Notes: generated by a model from the sequence alone, not told the origin. A stretch of 64,000 nucleotides of DNA from Gammaproteobacteria bacterium (GCA_031382085.1 JANMYM010000036.1:23340-87339); one strand, 5' to 3'. Positions 39,403 through 50,122 are shown, numbered from the stretch's first letter. A program made the numbers and translations.

Positions 39403-40064
39403 CCCGGCTTGGCGATGCCGAGGAACGCGGCCGTGACTAACAAGGCCCAGATAGTCAGCACCATCGGGCGTGTTTTTGCCTGCGTCCTGACAACCAGGTC
39501 CTCAAGTTCGGGAGTTGAGCCCGTCGTGAAAATCTGCCGCAACGCCGGCACCATGGGCCTGCCGAAAACCCGGATGCCGATGCCGCAGACGATACACAGC
39601 GAATAGGCCAGGACTTTGCCGCTGAGCCACGGGGTCAGCAGGTGCCCGGTGCCACGAAAACCCTGGACGGCATCCCAGATCAGGCCCGGCACCAGGAAGA
39701 AACGCCAGACAAGATCCACCTTGCGCAGCCGCTCGCCTAACAAAGTGCCCTGGAAACGGTGCACCGACACGACCAGCGACAGCCAGCTGAGTGCCACCAG
39801 CCAGGTGATCGCGATCCAGCCCGGCCGCAGATTCACGGCGCCGACTTGGTCCGCGAGCATGTAGCCAACCGGCAGCATCAAGACCAGGCAGTAGCGCGGA
39901 ATCATGTCGATCCAGGCCAGAATGCGCAGCGCTGTTTGTCGCGCCTCGATGCCGAGCTCGCGCTTGCGCAAGAACGTCGCCGAGTAAAAAACGCCGATGT
40001 CGCCGCCCAGCCAATAGGCAAACAACAGCAGATGCGCCAGCTTCACGAACACATAGCTATCCAT
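39399..40064 (-). CDS. 6-TM membrane protein of unknown function (paralog of 52664..53329)
   Basis: MDSYVFVKLAHLLLFAYWLGGDIGVF... aligns along its whole length with MTEHGIWVFVHVMLLVYWLGADLGVL... of the second copy. Confidence 0.5.
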   Translation of the reverse strand: MDSYVFVKLAHLLLFAYWLGGDIGVFYSATFLRKRELGIEARQTALRILAWIDMIPRYCLVLMLPVGYMLADQVGAVNLRPGWIAITWLVALSWLSLVVSVHRFQGTLLGERLRKVDLVWRFFLVPGLIWDAVQGFRGTGHLLTPWLSGKVLAYSLCIVCGIGIRVFGRPMVPALRQIFTTGSTPELEDLVVRTQAKTRPMVLTIWALLVTAAFLGIAKPG

Positions 40065-40155
40065 GGGCGACACCCTACCGGAAGTGCTTGATCGGCTACA
40101 ATCCAATCGCTTCGGCAATCACGGTATGGGCGCGGCCGCCCCGGGGGTCCTGACG

Positions 40156-40959
40156 ATGGCTATGGCAAGAATCAATGATCACAACATGTATTACGAGGTG
40201 CTGGGCCAGGGTGATCCGATCCTCTGCATGGGCGGCTGGGGCACGTTCTGCCATGACAACCATCATCACCTCGCGCGCGGCCTGACCGACCGTTACCAGG
40301 TCATCTGTTTTGACTACCGCGGCATTTGTGATTCGGATGACAACCTGAGCCTGCCGTCCAACATGAAATTGCACGCCGGCGATGCAATCGGCCTGCTGGA
40401 TCATCTCGGGCTCAGAAACGTGCATCTCATGGGCCTGGTGGGCATGGGCGCCTGCGTGTGCCAGGAAATCGCGATTCAGCGGCCGGATCTGGCGCGCAGC
40501 ATGCTGAACATGGGGGCCTGGTGCGGCATGGATGATTTTCTGCGCGATCAGCTGGAGATGTTCCGCTGGATCCATCGCGACTGCGGTTTCATCGCGTTCC
40601 AGAAAGCCGTCACACTCTTGTCGTTCACGCCGGAGTACTACAACGAAAACAAAAGCAAATTGTTGGGCGAGAAAGGCGGCTGGAAGGAACTGAATGGCCG
40701 GTTGACTGCCCATGAGCGCCTGATCGATGCCTGCGTGGGTTTCGATTCCACCGACCGGCTGGCGCGGATCCGTTGCCCCAGCCTGATCATCCACGCGGGG
40801 CTCGATACCGTCACCAGCCCGCGCACCACCCTGCCGATCGAGAAAGGCATCCCGGGCGCCAGGGGAATTCTCTGGGAAGACGTTGCCCACGTGGTCGCCG
40901 GCAAGGAACAGAAAATCCGCTTTGCTAACACGCTGTTCGACTGGTTGAAGACCCACTGA
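40156..40959 (+). CDS. alpha/beta hydrolase fold protein
   Basis: Trimmed to MAMARINDHNMYYEVLGQGDPILCMGGWG. The minus-strand ORF 40096..40956 is its antisense shadow. Confidence 0.65.
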   Translation: MAMARINDHNMYYEVLGQGDPILCMGGWGTFCHDNHHHLARGLTDRYQVICFDYRGICDSDDNLSLPSNMKLHAGDAIGLLDHLGLRNVHLMGLVGMGACVCQEIAIQRPDLARSMLNMGAWCGMDDFLRDQLEMFRWIHRDCGFIAFQKAVTLLSFTPEYYNENKSKLLGEKGGWKELNGRLTAHERLIDACVGFDSTDRLARIRCPSLIIHAGLDTVTSPRTTLPIEKGIPGARGILWEDVAHVVAGKEQKIRFANTLFDWLKTH

Positions 40960-42158
40960 TGCCGCCGGTCGAGTTCCTGCTGTTTGGCGCCACGCTGGTC
41001 GGCGTTGCGCTGTTCCACCGGCAGGTGCTGGCCATCGCCGTTTGCGGCCTGATCGTCATCACGGCTTACAAGCTCGTGGCCACGGATTTTGCGGGTGTTC
41101 CCGGCATCGGCGGCCTGTTAGCTCACCTGCAGCACGAGTGGGTAATCCTTGCAAACCTGTTCGGCCTGCTGGTCGGTTTTGCCTTGCTCGCCGACCATTT
41201 TGAACTGTCGAAGGTACCGAAGGTGCTGCCCAGTTATCTGCCGGATGACTGGCATGGCGGTGTCGCCTTGCTCGCGATCATCTTCGTGCTCTCCGCCTTC
41301 CTCGACAACATCGCGGCTGCGCTGATCGGTGCGACGATGGCGGCCGGCGTGTTCCGCAACCGCGTGCACATTGGTTACCTGGCCGCCATTGTCGCCGCAT
41401 CGAATGCCGGCGGCGCCGGCAGCGTGCTGGGTGATACCACGACGACCATGATGTGGATCGATGGCGTGGCGGCCATCGACGTACTGCACGCCTATGCAGC
41501 CGCCGGCGCAGCGTTTTTCGTATTCGCGATTCCGGCAGCGCTGCAGCAGCACCGCTACTCGCCGATCGTCAAGGAAGGCATCGACGCGCATCGGGTCGAT
41601 TGGGCGCGGATTGCCATCGTCGCGATGATGCTCCTGGCGGCCATCGCGGCTAACGTCGCCGTCAATCGGCTGCCGGACGCCATCGGCGAGAGCCTGCCGT
41701 TTCTGGGTATCGCCGTCTGGCTGGTGTTGCTGTCAACCGCCGGCTGGCGCAAACCCACGTGGGACGTGCTGCCGGGCGCCGTCACCGGCAGTCTCTTTCT
41801 GTTAGCGCTGGTGCTGTGTGCCTCGCTGATGCCGGTCGAAAAGCTGCCGGCTGCGTCGCCCGCAACGACCTTCGGCCTTGGCTTCCTGTCAGCCGTGTTC
41901 GACAACATTCCGTTGACCAAGCTGGCTCTCGATGCGGGTGGCTACGACTGGGGATTCCTGGCGTACGCGGTCGGCTTTGGCGGCTCCATGATCTGGTTTG
42001 GCTCGTCGGCCGGTGTCGCGGTGTCCAACCGCTTCCCAGAGGCAAAATCGGTAGGCGCCTGGGTGCGCGGCGGCTGGCATGTGGCGCTTGCCTACGTGGT
42101 TGGCTTTGTCGCCATTTATTATTTGTTAGGCTGGCAACCGCACACGCCGCACCGCTAA
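40959..42158 (+). CDS. ArsB/NhaD-superfamily ion or anion permease
   Basis: A 399-aa polytopic protein with motif FLDNIAAALI...FDNIPLT. Confidence 0.55.
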   Translation: MPPVEFLLFGATLVGVALFHRQVLAIAVCGLIVITAYKLVATDFAGVPGIGGLLAHLQHEWVILANLFGLLVGFALLADHFELSKVPKVLPSYLPDDWHGGVALLAIIFVLSAFLDNIAAALIGATMAAGVFRNRVHIGYLAAIVAASNAGGAGSVLGDTTTTMMWIDGVAAIDVLHAYAAAGAAFFVFAIPAALQQHRYSPIVKEGIDAHRVDWARIAIVAMMLLAAIAANVAVNRLPDAIGESLPFLGIAVWLVLLSTAGWRKPTWDVLPGAVTGSLFLLALVLCASLMPVEKLPAASPATTFGLGFLSAVFDNIPLTKLALDAGGYDWGFLAYAVGFGGSMIWFGSSAGVAVSNRFPEAKSVGAWVRGGWHVALAYVVGFVAIYYLLGWQPHTPHR

Positions 42159-42176
42159 CGTCGACCCCCAAGGTTA

Positions 42177-43544
42177 CTAATTGAGCCGGATTTGGCCCCA
42201 GGGGCCGAGTCGCCAGCGCAACAACATGCTGCTACCTAACAAGACTGCATAGGCTGCCAGCGCCAGCCAGCCACCGGCTGCCCCCATGCCGGCGTGCGGC
42301 AGCGAGGCGGCCCAGGCCTGCTGCTCCGTAAAAACCAGCGAATGCGCGAGTGGCACGAACAGCAGCCACGACAGCAGCAGCGCGGTCAGTGCCGGGACAC
42401 GGGTGTCACCGGCGGCACGCAGCACAAATGCGCAACCAAAATAAAGTCCATCGAAAGCCTGGTAGGTCGCGGCGATCCATATTACGGTCAGCGCGATCTT
42501 GAGCGCCGCGCGTGATCCGGCGTCGGCCGCGCCCAGGAAGAACGGCATCACCCAGCTGGAACTCGTTACCAAAATCGTGGCAACAATAATCATCCAGAGA
42601 ACACACAGCTGGATCGTGCGATTGCCGATACGCCGCGCGTAATCCGGGTCGCGTGCGCCAATCGCCTGCCCCACGAGGATCGAGCCTGCGGATGCCAGAC
42701 CCAGCGTCGGCTGGTAGGCCAACGACGTCAACGACATCACCACCTGCGTGGCAGCCGCGCCCGGTACACTGGCCTGCGCCACCATGATCTGGAACAACGC
42801 GACACCTACCAGGTCGGCGCCATACATGATGCCCACCGGCATCCCGGACTTGAACATGCGCCATGTCCTGGCGCGTTTGAATCTCCAGGTCAGGTGTGAA
42901 GCGAATTTACCTCGCTGCTCACTCTGCAGAAAGAAAAACAGCCCGACAAGCAATGACACCGCCTGCGCCAGGTTCGTTGCCCAGGCTGAGCCCGCCATGC
43001 CCCAACCCAGATCAAATATGAACCATTGATTGAATGGCACGTTGACGATCACCGCCGCCAACGCGATCAGCAGCGTCTTACGCGTATCGCCGCTACCGTT
43101 GAAATAGCTCATCAGCGCCCAGCTCGCCATGCCTAACGGCAGCCCCAGCAAGCGAGGTTGCCAGAACGCCAGGGCGGCGCCCGCGATCGCCGGCTCCAGA
43201 CCCAGTCGATACATCATCCAGGGTCCCAGCGCAGCCGCGAGCCATGCGATCGGCAATATCCCGAACGACGCCCACAGGCCGGTCCAGGCCGCGGCACTGG
43301 CCGCACGATAGCGCCGCGCACCGACTGCCTGGCTGACATAGGACTGCACCATCAAGGCAACGCCCGCGAGCAACATGGTGATGCACGAGATAATCCAGTA
43401 AATCGCCGACATCGCGGCGACCGCGTCGGTCGCAAGACGGCCGAGGAACCAGGTATCGGTAACGTTCAGGACGGCCTGGATGGCGTTGGTTGCGAGCAAG
43501 GGTCCCGCAAGATGCAGGATATCGGCGCTCCGCGCAGGCTTCAC
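42177..43544 (-). CDS. MATE family efflux transporter
   Basis: LAGPLLATNAIQAVLNVTDTWFLGRL; 12 TM helices. Confidence 0.8.
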   Translation of the reverse strand: MKPARSADILHLAGPLLATNAIQAVLNVTDTWFLGRLATDAVAAMSAIYWIISCITMLLAGVALMVQSYVSQAVGARRYRAASAAAWTGLWASFGILPIAWLAAALGPWMMYRLGLEPAIAGAALAFWQPRLLGLPLGMASWALMSYFNGSGDTRKTLLIALAAVIVNVPFNQWFIFDLGWGMAGSAWATNLAQAVSLLVGLFFFLQSEQRGKFASHLTWRFKRARTWRMFKSGMPVGIMYGADLVGVALFQIMVAQASVPGAAATQVVMSLTSLAYQPTLGLASAGSILVGQAIGARDPDYARRIGNRTIQLCVLWMIIVATILVTSSSWVMPFFLGAADAGSRAALKIALTVIWIAATYQAFDGLYFGCAFVLRAAGDTRVPALTALLLSWLLFVPLAHSLVFTEQQAWAASLPHAGMGAAGGWLALAAYAVLLGSSMLLRWRLGPWGQIRLN

Positions 43545-44821
43545 GGCGACTGACCGGATCGGTCTGCCGTTTCCGAGCGGCTAAACTGCGAGCCCACCCA
43601 CAGCGCGACGCCTAACATCAGAACTGAAAATACCGTGCAGATCCAAGCATTGATGGCGAGACCAAACGCGGCGACGAATCCATACAGTCCCTGTCCGAGA
43701 CTGTCGCCGCCACGCTGCAGCAGCGTATCCAGCAAACTCTTGCTCTTGAACTTGGATTCCGGATTCAGGACTGTGAAAAGCATTTCGCGGGTTGGCTTGA
43801 AGAGGCCATAGTCCGCGGCGCGTCGCACGACCTGTGTCACCAGCAGCACCGACCCGACCGGAAACAGCGCCAGAGTCACCAGCGACGCAATCAGAACCAG
43901 TGGCACCGCGGACAGGCTCCAGCGCACGCCGCCGCGCGCGACCAGCCAGCCAACGACGACAACCTGCACAAACAAAGCTAACAGATTAACCGCCAGATCG
44001 ATTTGTGCGAACAGGCCGGCACGCGATTCTATCGAGACATAATGTTCCGCAACGTAACGGGCCTGCTCCTGGTACATGAACGCGCCCAATATCTGGCCAG
44101 CCACAATCAACCCGCCGATCGCCAACAGATATGGAGAATGTTCGAGTCGCTTCAGATCATCGATGACGCGGCCGCCTACGATGGTGTCCGGTCGTGCCGC
44201 TGCCGACTCGGTCGCGCCGGCCCATTGCTGGGCAAAATGCCCGCAAATAACCGCTGCGAGCAGCATGCCACAGGCCACGAAGATGACATTTGAGGTGCCA
44301 ACGGTTTCAACAAACAGCGCATTGAAGGACGGGCCAACGATGGCGCCGACACTGCCGCCAGCGGCGATGACGCCGAACAGGCGTTTGGCCGCGCCGCTGC
44401 GCCACATATCGACCATGATGCTCCAGAACACCGTCACCATGAAAAGATTCATCGATGTCACGGCAACAAAGAAGCAGCCGGCAAGTATTTTCGAATCGGG
44501 CGCAGCCCGCAACGCCAGACCTAACAGCAGGAACAAGCCAGTGATTCCCGCGATGACTCCTGCGTAAAGGCGGCTGCGCGTGACCCTCGCCACCAGCCAC
44601 CAGTATGCCGGCAACACCGGCAACATTATCAGGAACGTCAGGTAAAAAAGCACATCGATATTGTCGCGCCCGACCTGCAACGCATAGGCTTCGCGCAGAC
44701 TGCGCAGCATGTAGTAGCCACCTAACAGAAAAAAGTAGGCGGCGGCGGAAGCCAGCAGTGGGCGCCATTCAGAGGCCTGGATCTCGAAGCGGCCGCGCTG
44801 CGCCGCATTGCTCTCAGTCAT
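43541..44821 (-). CDS. MFS-type transporter, ATP/ADP-translocase (TLC/Npt)-like
   Basis: Trimmed to MTESNAAQRG. FFLLGGYYMLRSLREAYALQVG is TLC-like. There is an ATGA overlap with the upstream gene. Confidence 0.5.
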   Translation of the reverse strand: MTESNAAQRGRFEIQASEWRPLLASAAAYFFLLGGYYMLRSLREAYALQVGRDNIDVLFYLTFLIMLPVLPAYWWLVARVTRSRLYAGVIAGITGLFLLLGLALRAAPDSKILAGCFFVAVTSMNLFMVTVFWSIMVDMWRSGAAKRLFGVIAAGGSVGAIVGPSFNALFVETVGTSNVIFVACGMLLAAVICGHFAQQWAGATESAAARPDTIVGGRVIDDLKRLEHSPYLLAIGGLIVAGQILGAFMYQEQARYVAEHYVSIESRAGLFAQIDLAVNLLALFVQVVVVGWLVARGGVRWSLSAVPLVLIASLVTLALFPVGSVLLVTQVVRRAADYGLFKPTREMLFTVLNPESKFKSKSLLDTLLQRGGDSLGQGLYGFVAAFGLAINAWICTVFSVLMLGVALWVGSQFSRSETADRSGQSP

Positions 44822-45705
44822 CGCAGCGGCCGCAGGGTGCCGGTCAGGTGCGGTTTTTCCCCTTCGTTGTCGCGCAGACAAAACCCGGTGGCATCTGGCT
44901 GCGGCCACTGCTCGAAAAGCAGCCAGGCGGGCAGAAACACCGGCAACTTGAAACTGACCGTCAGTTCGCAGGGATTCTGCAATGCGTTCGCGTCAAGATC
45001 CGAGGCGCAACGCGCCAGCGACCACATGCCGTGCGCAATTGCCGACTTGAAGCCGAAAATCCTGGCGCTCAGATCCGTGAGGTGAATCGGATTCAGGTCG
45101 CCACCCAGCACGCCATAACTGCGGCCCAACCCAACCGGCGCATGAAAGCTTGTGGTCCGCACGCCGGTCGGCCGCGCCTCAGTCTCTGCGCGCGATTCGC
45201 TATCCGCGCTGCGGCTGCCAGCCGCTGCGCGTCGCTTGCGCCGCGCAAGGAAAACGCAGTCTTCATCCCAGGTCAATTCACCGTTCGCGGCGCGCCATTC
45301 CGTGCGCATCGTGAATTCCTGGCCACGATCGGTCTCAACGGGCCCGTCGATCCCAACCAGCAATGCCCCGCCCTCATCCGCGCTCAACGCACGATGCTGG
45401 CGAATCACATTGCGCACATGCACCAAACCTAACAACTTGACCGGAAATGCAGCATTTGACAGCACCGCGAGATGCAGACCGCTCGCGAGAACGTGCGGAT
45501 AGGCAATGGGCAGCATAACGGTATCCGCCGCGCCACAGCACTCACGATAGGCCCGCAGATGGGAGGCATCGATGCGCACCGCCTGAAGTTCGGCTTCGAT
45601 TCGTGGCACCGCCGCGCCCTCGCGCACCAGTGCCGGTTTGCGCGCGGCAATGGCTCGAGGATAGAGCGACCAAAGCGAAGGACTGTGGCGGAATTGCATT
45701 TTCAT
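44818..45705 (-). CDS. MaoC-family (double hotdog) dehydratase
   Basis: GGDLNPIHLTDLSARIFGFKSAIAHGMW. Confidence 0.75.
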   Translation of the reverse strand: MKMQFRHSPSLWSLYPRAIAARKPALVREGAAVPRIEAELQAVRIDASHLRAYRECCGAADTVMLPIAYPHVLASGLHLAVLSNAAFPVKLLGLVHVRNVIRQHRALSADEGGALLVGIDGPVETDRGQEFTMRTEWRAANGELTWDEDCVFLARRKRRAAAGSRSADSESRAETEARPTGVRTTSFHAPVGLGRSYGVLGGDLNPIHLTDLSARIFGFKSAIAHGMWSLARCASDLDANALQNPCELTVSFKLPVFLPAWLLFEQWPQPDATGFCLRDNEGEKPHLTGTLRPLR

Positions 45706-45716
45706 GCGAGCCTGCC

Positions 45717-46751
45717 CTAACGAGCCGGCGCTATTTGATCGATGGTGATGCCAACGCGCGCATCCTTGCCGACAGCGTACCTAATCATGCCAAATGGGTC
45801 CCCTGCTGACGCGGTAGGCGCACCGCTGCGGGAGAGTCTCGCCACGACCTCGACGGTATCGCCCGCGACCAGTTCCCGGCCCGGCAGCATCGCATCGGCC
45901 GTGGTCAATTCGACGTCCTGAGGAAAACGCGCTGGCAATCGCTTGACCGCCAACGGCGGCCCCGGCTCACCGGGACGACGGGCCAGGACAAAGAGTGGCG
46001 CCGACTCGAAATCGGCGCTCTTCAGTCCGGCACCCAGCCGGACAGTAACGCGCACTTGCGCCGCCGAGCTGGCATGGGTCGATTCCGGTGCAGCTGCCTC
46101 GCGCGCGGTCAGCGGCCCGCCCGCGATCAGACCGTCCAATTGCGTGATTTGCGCTTCGATGGCGCTGCGCAAATCCGCCGGCGGCCCGGATTCCATGACC
46201 CGGATGAATCGCTCGCGCGCCAATGGCAGTTCGCCGCGTCGTTGTGCGGCAATCGCGGCAAATAACTGCGCCTTGCCGGAGAGCGGATCCAGCGCCAGAG
46301 CTCGTTCAAACAGGCGTCCCGCCCGCCCTTCAATTTCCTTTTCATCACTGCGAAACAGGGCCTCGGCCCAACCTAACACCGCAGTTGCATCCGTGCCGGC
46401 CGCCAGCCGATCGGCGCGCTCGTAGGCCCTCGCGGCCATCGGAAACTGCCCTAACACCAGATAGGATTGGCCGAGCTGCAGCCAGCCCGGCTTGTCGTCC
46501 GGCTCGCGCTCAAGGCGGCGCGCCAGGCGCGCCACCATGGCAGCCGGACTGTCGGCGACCGCGGGTTCCGCCCAGTCGTGATTGCTCCACACCTTGTACA
46601 ACAGCACGGCCGCCAGCGGTATTGCTCCGGCGAGTGCCAACGCCGCTACCGTTGACCGCGGCGACGATCCCTTACGCCATAGTGGCCAGACCACCAAGGC
46701 CACCGCCACCAACAACATCAGGACTGCCAGCGACACAAACCCCGAACTCAA
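45717..46751 (-). CDS. ccmI: cytochrome c-type biogenesis protein CcmI (TPR)
   Basis: Has an N-terminal TM segment plus TPR-like repeats, and is the last gene of the ccm operon. Confidence 0.75.
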   Translation of the reverse strand: MSSGFVSLAVLMLLVAVALVVWPLWRKGSSPRSTVAALALAGAIPLAAVLLYKVWSNHDWAEPAVADSPAAMVARLARRLEREPDDKPGWLQLGQSYLVLGQFPMAARAYERADRLAAGTDATAVLGWAEALFRSDEKEIEGRAGRLFERALALDPLSGKAQLFAAIAAQRRGELPLARERFIRVMESGPPADLRSAIEAQITQLDGLIAGGPLTAREAAAPESTHASSAAQVRVTVRLGAGLKSADFESAPLFVLARRPGEPGPPLAVKRLPARFPQDVELTTADAMLPGRELVAGDTVEVVARLSRSGAPTASAGDPFGMIRYAVGKDARVGITIDQIAPAR

Positions 46752-47179
46752 GTCGAATCCTCCGGAGTGTCGCTATCGAGCGGCTCGAGCGCTTGCCGTT
46801 GCCGCAGGATCCGCCAACCGATCAGTCCGCCGCCCAGCAACAGGACACCCGGCAACAGCCACAACCACGCATTGCGCGGGCTGAACTCGGGTCGAAACAG
46901 GATGAAAGCGCCATAGCGCTCGCGCATCCAGCCGCGAATCTCATCGTCGGTCTTGCCTTGCTGCAGCAGCTCGCGCACCTCGCGCCGCAAGTCGCCGGCG
47001 AGGCCGACCGGCGAGTCGGCGATCGACTGGTTCTGACACTGCATGCAACGCAGCTCGTGAGTCAGCGCTCGATAGCGCGCCTGCAACGCGGGGTCGGCCA
47101 TTTCCTCCGGATCCACCGCACCAACGACAGCTGATCCCAGGGCTAACAGAATCAGCAGCAATGACCGCAAGTTACTCAA
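46748..47179 (-). CDS. ccmH: cytochrome c-type biogenesis protein CcmH
   Basis: LRCMQCQNQSIADS is the CxxC motif. Confidence 0.85.
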   Translation of the reverse strand: MSNLRSLLLILLALGSAVVGAVDPEEMADPALQARYRALTHELRCMQCQNQSIADSPVGLAGDLRREVRELLQQGKTDDEIRGWMRERYGAFILFRPEFSPRNAWLWLLPGVLLLGGGLIGWRILRQRQALEPLDSDTPEDST

Positions 47180-47721
47180 GGTGATGGCCGTGCTCCCGTG
47201 GGCTCGATGCGGGCCAGAAATTTTTGCGCCCAGATCTCATCTGTCATGGCGCCGACGTGCTTGTAGGCGATGATACCCTGCGGATCGACCAGGAACGTTT
47301 CCGGCGCGCCGTAAACGCCGTAGTTGATGGCTATCCGCCCGTCGCGGTCCTCCGCCACGATTTCGTAAGGGTTGCCCAACTGCCGCAACCACGACAGAGC
47401 ATCCTGCGGCTGATCCTTCCAGTCGAGGCCGACAATCGGTGCCTTGCCAGTGGCCTTGATCTGCAACAGAGTCGCGTGCTCGTTGCGACATTCGGCGCAC
47501 CAGGTGCCCCAGACATTGAGCAGGTACCAGCGACCGCGCAAGGAGTTTGCTTCGAAGCGCGCGCCGTCCGGACTGCCAAGCACCGGCGCCACGAAATCCG
47601 GCGCCGACTTGCCTAACAAAACAGACTGGATCACGGATTTTTCCGGCGCGCGCCGGACGCCGATCGCGAGCACAAGCACCAGCGCTGCGAATAACCCAAG
47701 CGGCAGCAAAAAACGGTTCAT
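47176..47721 (-). CDS. ccmG: thiol:disulfide oxidoreductase DsbE/CcmG
   Basis: Trimmed to MNRFLLPLGLF. Contains WGTWCAECRNEH. Confidence 0.85.
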   Translation of the reverse strand: MNRFLLPLGLFAALVLVLAIGVRRAPEKSVIQSVLLGKSAPDFVAPVLGSPDGARFEANSLRGRWYLLNVWGTWCAECRNEHATLLQIKATGKAPIVGLDWKDQPQDALSWLRQLGNPYEIVAEDRDGRIAINYGVYGAPETFLVDPQGIIAYKHVGAMTDEIWAQKFLARIEPTGARPSP

Positions 47722-49667
47722 GACGGCGCCAACACCCCAGGCCGGGTGGACGCCGCGGCTTCGCGCCGCTGATAACGGCGGTCGCTGGCAGCGAGGCCAC
47801 CACCGATTGCCATCAGGAACGCCGCCAGCCACACATAGCTGATAAACGGCCTGACCTGCGCACGAATGCTCCATTTGCCCTCGCCCAGGTCATCTCCGAT
47901 GGCGGCAAAAATGTTGCGCGTAATGTCATTCTCAATGCCGGCCTCCGTCATGACCGACCGTTGCACCCAGTACTGGCGCTTTTCCGGATGGAGTCGCGCC
48001 AATTCCCGGCCGTCGCGGCTGACAACAACGATGCCGCGTACGCCATCGTAATTGGGGCCCTCCATCGGGCCCATCGATTCCAGCCGGTATTCGAACGACC
48101 CTACCGTCGCGGTCTCACCGACACGCAGGGCCACGTCTCGTTCCACCGTATAAGTTTCGACCGCGGCGACTGCCAGCACGAATACCCCAAGGCCAACATG
48201 CGCAAGCGACATGCCCAGCACCGAACGCGACAGGCTGAGACCGCGGCGCAGCCGCATCAGTGGCTCGACCAGCGAGGACAGGATGATCCACGCGCCGAGC
48301 GCAATCGCCACCGGTGTCAACCAGGGGATACCGCCCTCGACACCTAACACAATGGCCAGCGCAAAGGCGGCCGCGAGCGCCGCGGTAGCCAGCAAAGTCC
48401 GGCGCTTTTCAGACAGCCGGCCTTTTTTCCAGCCGGCGTGCATGCCCACCGCAACCAACGCCAGCAGCGGGACCACCGGCAACATGAACACCGGATTGAA
48501 ATACTGCGCACCGACTGACACCGTGCCGAGACCGGCGGCGTCAGAAATCAGTGGCGCGAGCGTCCCCGCGAATACGGAGGTGCAGGCAACGACCAGCAGG
48601 ATGTTATTGAACAGCAGGAACGCTTCACGCGCGGTCAGCTCGAAGCCCGCAGTCGACTTCAGCAGCGGCGCGCGCCACGCATACAGCGTCAGCGCACCGC
48701 CGATGGTGATGATCAGGAAGATCAGAATGAAGATGCCGCGGGTCGGGTCGGCTGCAAATGAATGCACCGACACCAGCACGCCCGAGCGAACCAGGAACGT
48801 ACCTAACAAACTGAGGCTGAAGGTCAGAATTGCAAGCAGCAGCGTCCAGCTCTTGAACAAGCCGCGTTTGTCGGTAACCGCCAGCGAATGGATCAGCGCC
48901 GTCCCCATGAGCCAGGGCATGAACGAGGCATTCTCGACCGGATCCCAGAACCAGTAGCCGCCCCAGCCCAATTCGTAGTAGGCCCACCACGATCCGAGTG
49001 CGATACCTATGGACAGGAAGGCCCAGGCCGCAGTCGTCCACGGCCGCGTCCAGCGCGCCCAGGCCTGATCCAGCTTGCCTTCGAGCATCGCTGCGCAGGC
49101 AAAGGCGAACGCAACGCTAAATCCGACGTAGCCGAGATACAGCATCGGCGGGTGCGCCGCCAGCGCTGGATCCTGCAACAGCGGATTTAGATCGCGACCA
49201 TCCGGCGCGGCTGGTGACAGTCGCTCGAATGGATTCGACGTCGCTAACAAAAACAGCAGAAATCCTGCCGCAACAAGACCTAACACCCCGAGCACACGGG
49301 CCGCAAAGGTCGGCGGCAGGCCGCGCGACTTGAGCGCCACGGCCACCGTCCAGAAGCCCAGGATGCAGGTCCACAACAACATCGAGCCTTCATGAGCACC
49401 CCAGACCGCGGCAATGCGATATATCAGCGGCAACGCGCTGTTGGAGTTTTCCGCGACGTAGCGCACCGAAAAGTCGTGCTGCACGAAGGCGTCGGCCAGC
49501 GCCAGCAGTGCCAGCAACGACAGCGCGGTCTGGCCTAACGCTGCCGGCCTGGCTACGGCGCTCCAGCGATCCTTGCCAAGGGCGGGGCCGGCAATACCGA
49601 AAAAAGCCTGCGCCAGGGCCAGTAGCAGGGCCAGCACCAGCGCGAAAGTGCCAAGCTCCGGAATCAT
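47718..49667 (-). CDS. ccmF: cytochrome c heme lyase subunit CcmF
   Basis: A 649-aa polytopic protein with WWD-type motif GWGGYWFWDPVEN. Confidence 0.9.
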   Translation of the reverse strand: MIPELGTFALVLALLLALAQAFFGIAGPALGKDRWSAVARPAALGQTALSLLALLALADAFVQHDFSVRYVAENSNSALPLIYRIAAVWGAHEGSMLLWTCILGFWTVAVALKSRGLPPTFAARVLGVLGLVAAGFLLFLLATSNPFERLSPAAPDGRDLNPLLQDPALAAHPPMLYLGYVGFSVAFAFACAAMLEGKLDQAWARWTRPWTTAAWAFLSIGIALGSWWAYYELGWGGYWFWDPVENASFMPWLMGTALIHSLAVTDKRGLFKSWTLLLAILTFSLSLLGTFLVRSGVLVSVHSFAADPTRGIFILIFLIITIGGALTLYAWRAPLLKSTAGFELTAREAFLLFNNILLVVACTSVFAGTLAPLISDAAGLGTVSVGAQYFNPVFMLPVVPLLALVAVGMHAGWKKGRLSEKRRTLLATAALAAAFALAIVLGVEGGIPWLTPVAIALGAWIILSSLVEPLMRLRRGLSLSRSVLGMSLAHVGLGVFVLAVAAVETYTVERDVALRVGETATVGSFEYRLESMGPMEGPNYDGVRGIVVVSRDGRELARLHPEKRQYWVQRSVMTEAGIENDITRNIFAAIGDDLGEGKWSIRAQVRPFISYVWLAAFLMAIGGGLAASDRRYQRREAAASTRPGVLAPS

Positions 49668-50122
49668 GTTGCCCCCTTCGGCTGCACCGGCATGATGCCT
49701 TTGTGCTCTTTCTTGATCGCGGCGGCCACTTCAGGTGGCATGTAGTTCTCGTCATGCTTGGCGAGAATTTCATCCGCGACGAATTGCCCTTGTGAATTCA
49801 GCACACCGTGCGCAACCACGCCCTGATTCTCGCGAAACAGGTCCGGCAGCACACCCGAGTAGTGCAGCGGCACGTCGTGCTTGAAATCGGTCACGATGAA
49901 ATCGATGTCCAGCGAGCCTGGCTTGCGCTGCACACTGCCGGGCTTGACCATGCCACCGAGGCGAAAGCGCTGCGCGACCGGGGCTTTGCCAGCCACAATG
50001 TCTGCGGGGGCAAAAAAGAACATGACGTTTTCGCGCAACGCCACCAGTGCGAGCCCGCCCGCAACCGCGACGCCCGCAAGCACACCTAACACCAGGACCA
50101 GTCGTCGCCGCCGCGGCGTCAT
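49664..50122 (-). CDS. ccmE: heme chaperone CcmE
   Basis: FRLGGMVKPGSV...LAKHDENYMPPEV contains the heme-binding His. Confidence 0.9.
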   Translation of the reverse strand: MTPRRRRLVLVLGVLAGVAVAGGLALVALRENVMFFFAPADIVAGKAPVAQRFRLGGMVKPGSVQRKPGSLDIDFIVTDFKHDVPLHYSGVLPDLFRENQGVVAHGVLNSQGQFVADEILAKHDENYMPPEVAAAIKKEHKGIMPVQPKGAT

